Assembly (NCBI GenBank): GCA_008632985.1
Contig: QPGO01000134.1
Location: 62,001 to 126,000 of the forward strand
Direction: 5' to 3'
Length of the DNA: 64,000 bases
Source of the DNA: Psammoneis japonica
Taxonomy: Eukaryota
A program made the position numbers and the translations under genes. How positions within the stretch are numbered: position 1 is the stretch's first letter; every line of letters starts with the position of its first letter. The notes beneath the pieces are model-generated. The model searched no databases and was not told the origin of the DNA. It saw only the letters and a program-made list of their open reading frames with translations. This document shows, piece after piece, positions 32,991-45,673 of the stretch.

Positions 32991-35260
32991 CTAGAAGAAC
33001 TTCGTAGCCTTCATCTTCAGCAGGAGCAATGCCACAAACCTAGGGATAGTAAATAAGATGACCAACATTAGCCAGTACCACCAGGATTCGTCGGGATCGG
33101 CCTCCACATTGCTCAAGACCTGATTACAATTCATATCGGCCTTATCACTACCACAGTCACGATCGAATTCGCCAATTAGCACAAGGCGTACAGCATATGT
33201 CAAGGAACAAATGTACTGAGCCCAGCGCAGCCAGGTTGGGATGAGATCCGGAGTCACGAAAAATCCGGCAAACAGCATTTGAGGAACAAAGAGAATCGGG
33301 AGCGCTTCCGTAGCAAGTTTTGGATCTTCCACCGCACACCCAAGACAAACAGCGAGTGCCGTACTGGCCATGGCAAGAATGTAAGATACACCGTAGAAAT
33401 ACCCAAAGCTTTGCTGAAACCCAATCATGAAGAAGGATATTAAATTCTGGTTGAGAGAAATGAAGAAGAAGAATTGTGAGGCTAATGGACCTAACAGTGT
33501 CGACGAGGTATAAAGATAAAAGATATTGAGCAAGACTTACCGACACCAAGACTTGCATTGCAGTAATGAAAGCTTCCATAGTGAGACGAGAAGCAAAGTA
33601 CGACGCAACCGAGTAGTGGTCGGTTGAGTACTCGCGAAGGAAAACGGGTCGCTCCTCAGGGAATTGTAAAAGAGCTGGCTGTGCAGTTCCGAACATACCC
33701 ATCAATAGAACCATGATCATACCTCCAAACACACTGTTAATGTTCTGTATTCAAAGAAAACAATGGATCGAGATGAGAAACGGGCCAGACCAATGCAACA
33801 ACCAAACTCGATCACACAATTCAATCTTCACGTACACTTTGAACCGCCAAATCGGATTTTCCAACCTCGAAAAAGATGATTCCAATCAAGAGACTCAAAA
33901 AGATGGAAATGCCAAATCTGGATCCCACCGCCATTGTGTCGCGTTTAATGTTTTTGAGCTCCCGCCGAAAGAGTTCATAGGTTTCCGTCATCATGCCAAC
34001 GGGGCGAGTATCAAAGTCTTCGTCATCGTTGGACCCAAAGCCAAAGTGTTTGGTAATCGAAATACCCAAAGCATCGTGCTTCTCGTCGGCCTCAAAGGGT
34101 TCCGGCATTTCACGGTCATCCTTGGGGAAGAAACCGGCTTCATTGAGCTCCTCGATTTTTACCGATTGTGCCACGTTCTAAAAGGGATAAAATACGTACA
34201 GGAACGAATGAGAGAGACTCTGAATCAATCGAGTAAAATTCTGTCAAGGATACTTACCATGATCCAATCAGCAGGGTTGTAATTGGGTGGGTTGGGCCTA
34301 CCACGCGCAGCAAAGTATTCAGGCACGTCCGCCACTGCGCCCTGATACATGACACGCCCCTTGTTGAGCAAAATCAAGTGATCAAACGAGTTGAAAATCT
34401 CAGAGGACGGCTGATGAATGGTAAAGAGCACACTTGCACCCGCGTTTGCGACTTTTTTGAGTACTTGGCATAATTGAACAGCACTAAAACTGTCTAAACC
34501 CGAAGTGGGCTCATCCAAAAAGACCAGAGCAGGCTTGACCACGAGCTCCACGCCGACAGAAGTACGCTTGCGTTCTCCGCCAGAAATACCCTTGATGAGG
34601 GCACCACCCACAATCGTGTCGGCACAATGAGTCAAGCCAAGTTCTTCCAACATGCGATCCGTAAGTTTTTCCAATTGATGATCCGTAGTGGAACGAGGCA
34701 AACGAAGCTTGGCAGAAAAGCGAATTGCTTCACGGGGCGTGGATGTTACCTGGAGAGAATCGTCCTGAGCAACAAAGGCGATTTGCTGCCGAACTTCGAC
34801 CTTGGTTGGGTCCACCACGAAATTGTTGAGACGAACATCTGCTTCAATGGAAAGCTTTCCACGAGAAGCAGCTCGACCGGACAGAATATTGAGTAGAGAC
34901 GACTTTCCCGCTCCAGATGGTCCCATAATTGCTGTGGTTTCTTTCGGAGGTACTTCTCCCCACACATCTTCCAAGAGCTTCCTGTCCTCTTCACCTTTCT
35001 TGCTCCCAGCCTAAAAATTCAACAGCATAAGGGGCATATGGGTAAATAACTCGACGTTCATGCAATTAGATTTGCATACATGCACTTACCAGCGTCATGT
35101 TAATTCCCTGCCATGTCAAAGCCTTACCCTCTCGAACTGAGAAAGGGTCAACTCTGGTGTCGAGCTTACTGACTTGACTGTCAATCACCGGCTTTGACAC
35201 GGCTACTTCCGGCTCATCCGGATCCATAGCAACCGGTGATTGATCCTCAATGTCGGACAT
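32991..35260 (-). CDS. ABCG (White-family) half transporter, multi-exon, copy 2 (tandem paralogue)
   Basis: Same motifs (GPSGAGKS, ISGGERKR, LDEPTSGLDS) and apparently the same exon structure as copy 1. Confidence 0.92.
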
Positions 35261-35611
35261 GGTGGTTTCGAAAGATTATTCTTATGATACAACGCAACGT
35301 AAACAAGAAGAACTTGTGAGATGCATCAAAGGCAAGTCCGCAACACTCAACACGATGTTCCAAGCTGTTCACAAAAAATGAAGTCGAAGTGCATCCAACG
35401 CAATGTCACGTAGAAATCGTACTGGCATTGAGTACGTCATCTCAAATTTACAGAGGCAATTGCCTTCCTTATTTATGTACTCGCCATCCATCAATTATGT
35501 ATTATTGCCCTTGTTTCTTTTTCTGATGAAGGACAGAACGCCGCGCCACTTGGAGGAAGAAATAATGAAGAATCGATCGAGTTGGTCGTTTCATCATCTG
35601 CTCTCTGCTCT

Positions 35612-35616
35612 CTACT

Positions 35617-35658
<42 letters not shown>

Positions 35659-35736
35659 TAGCTACTAGTAGCTACTCCACTCTAGTAGAGTAGCTAGAGC
35701 TAGAGTAGGTAGTAGCTACTATTCATAGAGAGTCTT

Positions 35737-35770
<34 letters not shown>
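35612..35770. repeat. Compound (TAC)n / (AG)n microsatellite with CTAG/AGCT-rich linker
   Basis: Visible tactactac... run and gagagaga... run. Confidence 0.9.
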
Positions 35771-35872
35771 GAACTGCAGTAGTGGAAAGAGGTATTTTTT
35801 AGAATGCGTTGGAGCACAAGTTGACGACGTTTTTGAAACTAAAGTATGAGCATCCTGTCTTATAAAACGGAT

Positions 35873-37306
35873 TCATAGCTCCGCATCTTCTTCTGGATTC
35901 CGCCCGCTTGTTCCTTCCTTGAGCTCGTTAATTGCTTCCAGAATGCTGTTTAGCTGGGTTGTTAATTTTCCCATTTCTGCCATTAGCTCTGTCATTTCAT
36001 CTTTTGTTTCGTGAACAAGTTTGTGAGTCGCGTCCTGACTATTTTTCACATGCTTGACGTTTGAGCTCATCTCCAAATTCAACTCCGCCTGCGCTCGAAC
36101 GATTTCGCCAATGTGGTCAATCTCTGCCCGTTGACTTCCAATGTGTTCATATATGGATTCCAATACAGCATTTTCTTCTTCATCATCTCCAGACTCCTCC
36201 TCATTGTCCTTTACGAGCTCTGGTCGATACTCTCCGTCGCTCATGCCTTCCCTCCCGTTTTCCTTGAGCCATTTGTCTACTTCTTCATCGGAAGGAAACA
36301 AATAGCGAAGGTCACTCATATCAACCTCGCCGTCCTTTTCGTAGTTTTCAAGAAACAGTTCCATGGTTTCCAATCGAGGTCGGAAATAGGGCCACGGAGG
36401 ATCTTCGTATTTCCACAGCTCGTTGGTGAACATTTGCCGATGACCCGAGACAATGTCTGTTACTCCGTGGTAGGATTCCGAAAGAAAGACAATGGCCGAG
36501 TACTTTTCTGGCTTCATGTAGTGCACTAGGTCTTGATCCTTGCCATCTCGAATGTAGTATTCTCCTCCTTCGTACTCTTCTGGATCCGACAGGGCAAACA
36601 GAATAGTGTACAAACTGCCAGCATCATCGTGTTCCGAGAGGTTGTTGTGCCCCTTGTAACTGAGATATTCCGAAGTACGTAATCCACATTGCGCTGGAGG
36701 AGGATAGTCGTCAAAGGACGCCTGGGTATGTTTTTCTCCATGATGGACCCAGTCTCCTTGAGCATATGCCAGCTTGGCAATCCGATAGACGTGCTCGGCA
36801 ACGGAGGGGAGAAAAATCTTCATCATGCCCAAAAAGGTTACATCGTTGCCTCCTCCGTCTTGAAAGGGACGATGCTCAAACGCATTCGAAATGTGCTCTC
36901 GGGCACAAAACGCAAGCGCCTTTACCGCCTCGGCTTGATCCGGTGAAATGGCATTCTCGACTTGAATCAAGATTGTGCGATTCTGATTGCTTTCCTCCAG
37001 CGTGCGACTAATGGAAGGAGTGGGTGGATTCTCGGATAAGCTGCGGGCTACATTCTCGGGTATGTTCTCCTCGAGACACGAGCGTAAATCGTCATAGTGA
37101 TCCACGGTGTGTTCCCAATCCGTTAAGCCAGATTGGGTTTCAGCAATGTGCTTCCAAAAGCGCGTTGTTTGTGGGGTCCACAGCTCTGATGAGTCGTCTT
37201 CCAGCTCGTCATCAGCTGACACCGCCTCGCTTAGGAATAACAACGGTAGGATAAATGAAAGGATCTTCATTCTATGACGCCTATAAAGACGAAATAACGC
37301 CGCCAT
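35873..37306 (-). CDS. Secretory-pathway 2OG-Fe(II) oxygenase-like protein with C-terminal coiled coil
   Basis: Signal peptide MKILSFILPLLFLSEAVSA; HxD (EHDD), 'YEGGEY', distal H (YHGV) and R (GHRQ); ends in DAEL (ER-retention-like). Confidence 0.7.
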   Translation of the reverse strand: MAALFRLYRRHRMKILSFILPLLFLSEAVSADDELEDDSSELWTPQTTRFWKHIAETQSGLTDWEHTVDHYDDLRSCLEENIPENVARSLSENPPTPSISRTLEESNQNRTILIQVENAISPDQAEAVKALAFCAREHISNAFEHRPFQDGGGNDVTFLGMMKIFLPSVAEHVYRIAKLAYAQGDWVHHGEKHTQASFDDYPPPAQCGLRTSEYLSYKGHNNLSEHDDAGSLYTILFALSDPEEYEGGEYYIRDGKDQDLVHYMKPEKYSAIVFLSESYHGVTDIVSGHRQMFTNELWKYEDPPWPYFRPRLETMELFLENYEKDGEVDMSDLRYLFPSDEEVDKWLKENGREGMSDGEYRPELVKDNEEESGDDEEENAVLESIYEHIGSQRAEIDHIGEIVRAQAELNLEMSSNVKHVKNSQDATHKLVHETKDEMTELMAEMGKLTTQLNSILEAINELKEGTSGRNPEEDAEL

Positions 37307-37339
37307 GGAGAGTTGTGCGATGATGGGTGATGGGAATAA

Positions 37340-38670
37340 GGCACGTTCCCACCCCGATAATTTCGGCCGTAAAATAAATATAATTTCGTTCTACACAAAA
37401 TTCCTGTAGAAACTCTCGTACAAGAAAAATCGCACGTCTGTTTTCCATCCTTCAATTTACAGCCGTAATTATCAGCAAATTACGACGACAGGTGTCGGTC
37501 GTCGTAAATTCTCTCCCGTAAATATAATTTTCACGGTAAATTCGGCGTTTTGGGAGCTCGAACGTGCCACGTCACAAGCTCCCCATTTTTCTTTCTCCGC
37601 TCCGATCGCACAACAACCATGATGGCTGCTGCGATGAACGGACCCGTTCATACACGAACGACCGTCCTGTCTACGAAGGTAAGAATATAGAGACAGGTTA
37701 ATAATACTACGCTTGATGCGATCAAGTTGTCAGAATTATGATTTTTCGTTGTTGTTGTGGCTTATGACGACCGTGTCGACTAACAGTATTTTTGATGTCT
37801 TTGTTTCTCTTGTTCAGATTTCGCGTTGGGATTCTTCACAAACCATAAGTCTACAGACTTGAGGCCGAATCTTCATAGCAACATATGATCTGATGTTACA
37901 TTGAGGGGGTTCTTTGGTGCATGCTCGAGGTTGTTACTTGATGGACTGTCAAGAGTCAAGAATGCAAGAATTTTGGTCACGTCGACGACAACAGCAAGGC
38001 TTGTGCTCCGTTTTGATGGAACATGACTATGAAGAAGGCTGTGTGCACTCATTTCATTAATCTTGTAGTAAGTTTGGACAATGATGCTGGTGGGGGTCAA
38101 TGTTTTGCACAACGTCGTTGGCTCCATTGTCTGCAGCCCTTCTGTTGCTCTTTGAAATGGATTTAGGCCATTGGTAAACCGCAAGAGTTAAGAACAGTGC
38201 CTTTTAGCACCTAACATTCTGTAGAAATTTCATTTAATAGTTTTGCATGCTGTGGTCTTACTGCATGCCAATGTTTCGTGCTTTTTCATGCTCGCTCTGC
38301 AACTCTTGCTATCAACAGAGGATTGAATGTTGGTGTGTTTCTTCTGTCCTTCACTGGTGTTATCATTGGTCTTGGGTTGCCGCAGAGCAATCGCAAAATG
38401 GACAACGATTGTCCCTGACAATGTCATGGTGACTCTCTAGTCCTAATAGCTAGCAGCTCTCTAGAGCTAGCTACTACTAGCAATAGAGAGTAGTAGTGTA
38501 AACAGTGCTGTAGCGTGGTACTGTAGCGTGTAGCGTCCTCACCGAGCTCGACATGAGATTTTGATCTTTTTTACCGATCGAATCCGTTCCCAGCCTGACG
38601 CCCGTAAATACGTAAATTTGGCCAAATTATATTTATTTTACGGCCGAAATTATCAGGGTGGGAACGTGCC
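37340..38670. mobile_element. Non-autonomous PIF/Harbinger-type DNA transposon, ~47-bp TIRs, TAA TSD
   Basis: TAA|GGCACGTTCCCACCCCGATAATTTCGGCCGTAAAATAAATATAATTT ... AAATTATATTTATTTTACGGCCGAAATTATCAGGGTGGGAACGTGCC|TAA; no transposase ORF. Confidence 0.9.
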
Positions 38671-38972
38671 TAAGATATCGTGAGTTCTCATCGAATACCA
38701 TGACCCAACGGAAGCTCTCATCACGCGCGCGTTCGCGCACTCTTTATTTCTGGCGCACGACGATTTTTGGCGGGAAATCAGCGCGAGATTGTTGCTGTCT
38801 GCGCGCGAGCGAAAAGACTGTGGGATTATGCCGACGACCGAACGGGACACGCACTCACAGGCAGGCCACAACGAAACCACCAGAGCAATCACAAGCACCA
38901 CTCTTTCACCTTGCAACTAAAAAGTCACAGCCGGTAGATACCTTTGCCTCTTTTTTTTAAAATAGAAACATC

Positions 38973-41468
38973 ATGTCAAAACGAGGGCTGGGTGACCTGA
39001 GCGCCATTATGGCGAAAAAAGCAAAAACCGATGCAGACACGGAAGCGGCACGAAAGCAGCAGGAATCGTCGGATGCCAATCGCAGAAGTCGTCAGAATCC
39101 CTATTTAAGTAATCCAATCAAACAACCAGAAAGCGTGAGTATCCGTGTGGAGTGTAATAAGGCTCTGTGTTATGTTTTTTGCTACTTTTTATAAACTCAT
39201 GACTCGTTTTTGTTGTTTGCCTCTTTTGAAACAGGCGCTGGCAATTTTCTTACAGCAAGCTCGGGCCACGGCTCGAAAGACTATTCCGCCGGGTTCACTT
39301 CCCATGAAAACGGTAAGTGAAACGAATCATTGATACCCATCAAAAGTGGCGTCTCTCGTGTTTCCTAATCACCCCCTCTTTTTTCTTCTTTTCAACGAAA
39401 AAGCCTTGTGTCGAGATTGAAGCCCGTATTGGGATCCTGAAATTACCGTATGGGCTGCACGACTCTCGAGTCGTGTCTTCGGGTGCCAAGAGCAATGGAC
39501 GTGCCTTTGTATGCACAAACCAAGATCCAAGAGCCTTGTTTGAAAGCGGCATTACGCGATCCCACTATGTCCACTGGACGCAATCGGGTCTGAGTGAAGT
39601 TGGTCCGATTTCTCAAGCACTCGGCGTTTCCAAGGAACAGGCGTTGAAGAGAGACTTGGTTCAAGTTGAATATGTGGAAACAGTGTATGGAGGATACAAG
39701 GATGATGTGAGAGTGTGTTTTCCTGGAGTCCACCCCCAACAGAGAGGCACTCGTGTCACGGGTAGGATGGAACACAAGGCCAAGTTGGATGTCGTGGACA
39801 TTACCTTACCCGCAGCGCCGTATGATTTGAGAATGACGCTTGCTACAGAAAAGACAATGGACAGTTCGATTCAAGATGCTCCTCCTCCTGGATGGACCAC
39901 GAGACGCATCAAACGCCGAAGGTCGTATACTCGACGTGACAAGAGTATTGCATGGCAACTGGATGTGACAGAAGTGACAACGTTTGCCGGAGCACAAAAT
40001 CAAAACCAGAATACCATCGGCGAGGTTACCTTTGAAATTGAAATGGAACTGAATGGACCTGCCACCTTGCAGCTTGTCAATGAAACAAACGAAGCCGCGG
40101 CTCAAAAAATGGCCGGTCAGCTCGCGCAGCAATTGTGGTGGATGTTGTATCAACTGAATCCGCTTTCCGATGTTTTGGATGTCGAAAACTACTTGACAGA
40201 TCACCCGGATAAGCAAGCTGTCAAGTTGGCAATAGCTCAATGTGCCGCATTAAAGAAGTTTATGGACAGTCATCAGCAGTCGTACGAGTCTCCCATTGCA
40301 AACCCCGACCTGGCCAACAAGAATCTGTCCAATGTCAAGTTTACCGGTTGCATGCCTGTGAACTTTTCGCGACACAACATTGAAGAGATCCAGCAAGGGC
40401 CTGAGAATGGATACTTTTTGAGTGAAAAGACAGACGGCGTTCGACACTTTATGATTTTTACCGGGACCACGGCGGTCCTTATCGACCGAGCCATGGAGGG
40501 AAAGCAAGTCGTTCTCGGGACCAAATCCAATGAGAATGGCAAACAGGATCCCATGAGCTCTGTACTCCCACTCATCAAAGCTGGAACAGTGTTGGACGGC
40601 GAGGTTGTCATGCATCGCAAATTGAGACGACCCATTTTCATTGTCTTTGATGTGTTGGCCAATTCTACAACGGAACCAATATTGCATTTACCCTTTGAAC
40701 AACGGCTCTATCATTTGAAGAAAGCGTCATTCAGGACCCCCACGGCAAATCGTGACATGTTTGCGGACTCTGCTGTCTCGGATCCCAAGGTGGCATTACC
40801 GCTGGTCCGAAAGAATTTCGTCAAGAGGATGGATCTCGATAATTTGATCTCACATGTCGTGGAGGAGCGGGGTACACGAAGCTATCGAAATGGTGACATT
40901 CACTATCATTTGACGGATGGGATCATCTTTCAACCCAACACCCCCTATGTTTGTGGACCGACCATCGCCTACTGAAATGGAAATATTTGACACTGTCACG
41001 ATCGATGTGGAGATCCTTCCTCCAAGAAACGACAAGAATGACGACGAGGATCGACTGTACGTTGGTGTTTTGGGCGAAGAGGGGACAACGGTTGATATGA
41101 GTCGCTATGTCCACTTGCCCCGAAGTGAACGTCAGCGTCTCGAGGCAGACCGAGCTGAGACTGGATCAAAGATTGCTGAGGTTGGATTTGATGCCACTAC
41201 AGGAGAGTGGTATTATCTTACCATGAGGCCAGACAAGGTCGCCCCCAACCATATTTCAACCGTGTTGGGAACTCTTCTAGAACTTGCAGAGAGCCTCACG
41301 ACTGAAGAATTGCGTTACCGTATGAGTATTCCTGTTGGAGGACGAGACACCTATCGAAAGGATGTACGTGGTATGCAAAAGCAACTTTTGGACCATCAAC
41401 GCAAGAAAAACAGAGCCGCTGCTGCAGCTGCTGCTTCGTCCGCTAAGCCCTCTGCTACCGGTAGATAA
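38973..41468 (+). CDS. mRNA capping enzyme: TTM/CYTH-type RNA triphosphatase fused to guanylyltransferase and OB domain
   Basis: 'EIEARIG' and 'FEIEME' TTM motifs; GTase motifs SEKTDG, LDGE, FDVL, TDGIIF, LLKWK; introns ~39135-39234 and ~39313-39403; two 1-bp frameshifts at ~40957 and ~40989. Confidence 0.88.
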
Positions 41469-42253
41469 GTTGTAAAAGAGAAAAATGTAAACAAAAGCAG
41501 CGCATCCGTATCGACTGTAGCTGCTTGCAATTTGCGGACGTCCCATGTTGTACGTTGACGTGAGTTGTTGGAAATGCAAAATGTGAGCATCCCGCGAACT
41601 GACGAACTCAGGCAATTAGGGCCTAAGTTCTGACAGAAGCGGAGTCATATTCGTTATCGTTTGCCGTACCGGTCTACACGACCTTCGTAGTAAAATGTTT
41701 TCAATTAACGATCAGCACACAGTGCGTGACTCCCCCTAAATGTTTACAATTAACAAAAGTCATTTCTTGTTAGACAAAATGTTATTGCCCATCAGATTTA
41801 ATGTTATCTTAAAATATTAGGATAACATTAAAGACAAATACAAATAACCTTACTTTGAGTTTATTTATTATGATCTACATAATAGTAAGTATTGTCGTTA
41901 AGTCATTTTCATAGCTACTACTTATGCATCTAAGTGTTTTCGAAATTTTGAGCACGGTCGTCGAAGTCGCTGAAGAGACATTCTCATTTCGCGCTTCAAC
42001 CGGCACAAAAACCCAAAAAGGTGACTCGAACAGCCTTCGTGGCTTGCACGACCTGTTGAAAACGACACAACACATCATCGGGGGCAGGCAAAGCGGCTAC
42101 AATGCATCACCGACCGGCTGGGTTTTCCATCACAATAGACCGACAAGAATCTCGAGAGCTATCCAAGATTGGTGGTACAAGAAAAGACTCTTTCACAAAT
42201 CAGCCGACCTAAAATTGCACATGTCTGACAAGGACTTGTGGTCACAGATTAGA

Positions 42254-44274
42254 ATGAGGAGGAGAATCTACTCCTTCTAGTCTTTGGTGTGCTTCCTTTG
42301 TGCTTGCGGTCGGTATTCTTTGGGGTGTCTTTGGTGCCAATCGACATGTTGGGAGATCTGTCACATATTGCTGATGAGACGGATGTTTCGAGGGTTCCGG
42401 ACGTTCTTTTCATCGGGGCTCCAGAGTCAGGCACCGCAGAAATGGCCGATTGGATCATGAAGCACAATCAAGTATGTATGCCGCGGCATACTAGGGATCA
42501 TACGCCGATGAAGGAGGTTCATTTCTTTGACAAGGACGAACTGTATTTACATGATGTTCCCTACTACGCAAAGCACTTTTCCCATTGCGACGACGATGAC
42601 ATTGTGGTGGACGCAACTCCCGACTACCTGATGCACTCCTATCGTGTGCGAGATCTGTACAACAGGATGGATGATGCATCAGCAGAAGACCTCAAGATTG
42701 TTATTTTTCTGCGTGATCCAGTGTCTCGGGAGTTTGCGTGGTACAATAAACTTGCTGTCAAATCTCACACCGAAAACCCGCCGGATTATGTAGACAGCAT
42801 CTTTGACGATGATGGACGGCTCATGAGCTTTGAAGAATACACTGACCGTTCCGTTCTACCTAAGATCAGGTATTCACCTGCCCAGCATTCGAAATGGCTA
42901 CGGCGATGGCTGCAGCACTTTGATCGCAAGCAGATTTTGCTCGTGAAATATGAAGATCTCGTATCCATGCCCGAGTCGTCGATCGATCGAGTCGGCAAGT
43001 TCTTAGGCCTCAAGATCGACAAGAGACTACGAAGAGCCTCCGTACTAGAGACAAGTGAAAATGACTCACCGTTGCCATGCGAGGCTCGTAGGCAACTTTC
43101 AGACGCGTTCAGACCCGCCAACAAGGATTTGTATGAGCTGCTGAAGGAATCAGAAGGACCCAAAGAGGAACAGAGGCCTTTCCCCGAGTTTCAACCCTCT
43201 TCGGCTTGTGTTCCATCTACTAACGGGAGCAAGAGGAGGAAGCAAGCAAATCCAGTACCAGCAACCGTCAAGCAGAATAATAAGAAACAGGGAGGGAGTG
43301 ATAACGTCGCCAAGAAGAGTGCCAAAAGTGACGTCCCGGCGAAACGAACCACATTATTTTTTGCAGCCCACCACAAGACCGGCACATCTTTATCGCAGCT
43401 TGTTGCCAAAAGACTTGCGTCTCAGAATTTGGTGCAATTCAATGAGACTCAACAAATGAACGAACAGGTGCTGAACAAGAATTCGGAGGGAAATGTGGTT
43501 AAGTGTGTGGGAACAGAAGAGAAACAGGAGCTCCGCAGTTACCTCCACTGGCCGACATGGATGATTGATAAGTTGTGGTCGCAATGCGTCGAAAACTGGT
43601 GGGAGAATTGGCCAAGTCTCAAGAGTCGCACAGATCAATTGATATCGCAATGTGACTCCGGCATGATTGACGTCTTGACGGGAGAGTTGAGGCAAGCAGC
43701 TTGCGGAAATGACTATTTTGTCGTTCATTTCGTGCGAAGCCCCATAGACATTGTGCTTAGCTCCTACAAATATACAAGAAAGGGAGAAGAGCAATGGATG
43801 CATGACAAGCTTGAAAAGCATCCAAGATTCACGCCAAGCCTGTGTGGGGAACACTCTTGTCAGCACATGTCCATCCACGAGGCTGTGAACCAACTTCCGG
43901 TATGCCAGGGTTTGATATTGGAAATGAAACTTGTGAGTTTGGAAATTATCAAGCAAATGCTGGTAGGGGCGACGTTGGCTAGAGCGGATCCAGAGCATCA
44001 CACTACGGTCAACCTTTCAGCGTTAATGAAATCGTCAGAAGAATATAACAATGCCTGGACAAAAGCCCTGAAGGAAGCGTTTCCACGTAGAGGACCGAAT
44101 GCTATTGCACGAATAGTCGAGGCCCTCCAGGAATTCGACATTAGCAATGATCCAGCTAGAACTCTAGCGCAAAGTGAAACCGAGACAATGACACAGATGC
44201 AATGCCTATTTCAAGATGCCGAGGTTCGATTGTTGCTGAACGACCCGCTAGTGAAGCAAATTACGAGCTTATAG
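42254..44274 (+). CDS. Type II membrane protein with two tandem sulfotransferase domains
   Basis: Domain 1 'FIGAPESGT','KEVHFFD','DATPDY','LRDPVSR'; domain 2 'AAHHKTGT','VHFVRSPIDIVLSSY'; start uncertain (possible frameshift near 42267). Confidence 0.75.
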
Positions 44275-44692
44275 AGAATGTGAAGGGAACTGAAGAAAAG
44301 CGTGAGCTCGAAACAGGGGATACGGTTGTTGCATGATAGTGTACGGTAGAGAAAGTTGATCATTACATAGTTACACGTTTGATACGGAATACGGATGCTC
44401 CAGTTTCAATTTCTAGAGCGACTTCAGCTACTAGAGAGGCCTTGCATTATGTAGCCATTACAAGCAATCGAACTACTGAGAGTAGAAGCTACTTCTATCT
44501 TGGTCAACTCGTGGCGGCTGTATGGTAGGATGCATCAGTGAGGATAGCGAAGGACAAATTCAGTCACGAGTTGCAGCACGACCGGCGTCGTGGCATTTTA
44601 TTATCGCTCTTCGCACTGCATCGATCAGCGATCAGTGTTGGAGGGTGGCAATGACGAAATGAGCGCACCGTTAGAGTAGTCATTACTGAGCC

Positions 44693-45613
44693 ATGAGACC
44701 TTCCTTCGCGGTGCTATTCTCAAGTCTTGCTTCAAAATCGGGGAGGCTGATGTACGACCACGGTCATCATTGCGGGAATTTTGCGGATGTTGTCAAGCAC
44801 TCCGTTTTGATACTCTTATTGCAACACATGCAGCGCAAGAGCTCTCCGTTTGCTTACGTTGAGACACACTCGGGTGCGGGGTTGTACTCGCTCTCACCTT
44901 CTTTGCCTGGATCACAGCGTCCACCAGAACACGAGAGAGGAATATCTTTGCTTTTGAACGAGATTACGAAGAACTCGGACGTGAGCATACCTCAGTCAAC
45001 TCAGGATCTTTTGAACCTCATATCCAAAGTTAGCGTCGACGATAGCAAAATGTATCCTGGGTCGCCATTGATTGCTGCCGACTTGTGTCGACAGACAGAT
45101 TCTTTGCTCTTTTGTGAGAACGCTCCAGATCCGTTTGCCATGTTGAAATCCAACCTTGGAATGGATCCTCGTGCGAAGCTGCTCCACGAAAATGGTTACA
45201 AGGCGCTCAAACAAAGAGAAAATATTGATTCTCAAAAACGTGCTCTTATCTTTATTGATCCTCCATATCAGTTAGGCTCAGATACAGAGCAGATTGCGTC
45301 TCTTGTATCATATCTGCAAAAGCATTGGAGATCGGCTAGAATTGCCATTTGGCATCCTCTGTCAGAAACCAATGTTGAGAAAACCTCGAAACTCTACGAC
45401 GCTGTCCAGAAAGTGGTCTCTCACGACAGTGGCCTCTTGGCCTGCGAACTCGAAAGTGGAACTAGTGATGTTGGAAGTGCTATGCTAATGATAAATCCTC
45501 CTTACGGGATAGACAAAGAAATTCAGGAGCTCTTTTGCGAGTTGGGCCACCTTCTCCGCCCAGCTGATGAAACGAGTGAACCAAGTATGCTCGTCAAGTG
45601 GCTCGACAAATGA
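44693..45613 (+). CDS. rlmJ: RlmJ-family rRNA adenine-N6 methyltransferase
   Basis: 'YDHGHHCGNFADVVKH', 'YVETHSGAGLY', 'YPGSP', catalytic 'FIDPPY', 'MLMINPPY'. Confidence 0.88.
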   Translation: MRPSFAVLFSSLASKSGRLMYDHGHHCGNFADVVKHSVLILLLQHMQRKSSPFAYVETHSGAGLYSLSPSLPGSQRPPEHERGISLLLNEITKNSDVSIPQSTQDLLNLISKVSVDDSKMYPGSPLIAADLCRQTDSLLFCENAPDPFAMLKSNLGMDPRAKLLHENGYKALKQRENIDSQKRALIFIDPPYQLGSDTEQIASLVSYLQKHWRSARIAIWHPLSETNVEKTSKLYDAVQKVVSHDSGLLACELESGTSDVGSAMLMINPPYGIDKEIQELFCELGHLLRPADETSEPSMLVKWLDK

Positions 45614-45673
45614 GCACCTGAGGTTTCAGCAAGTGCACCGACTGAATAAGTATCAAATGGATCGGATCGGTAT

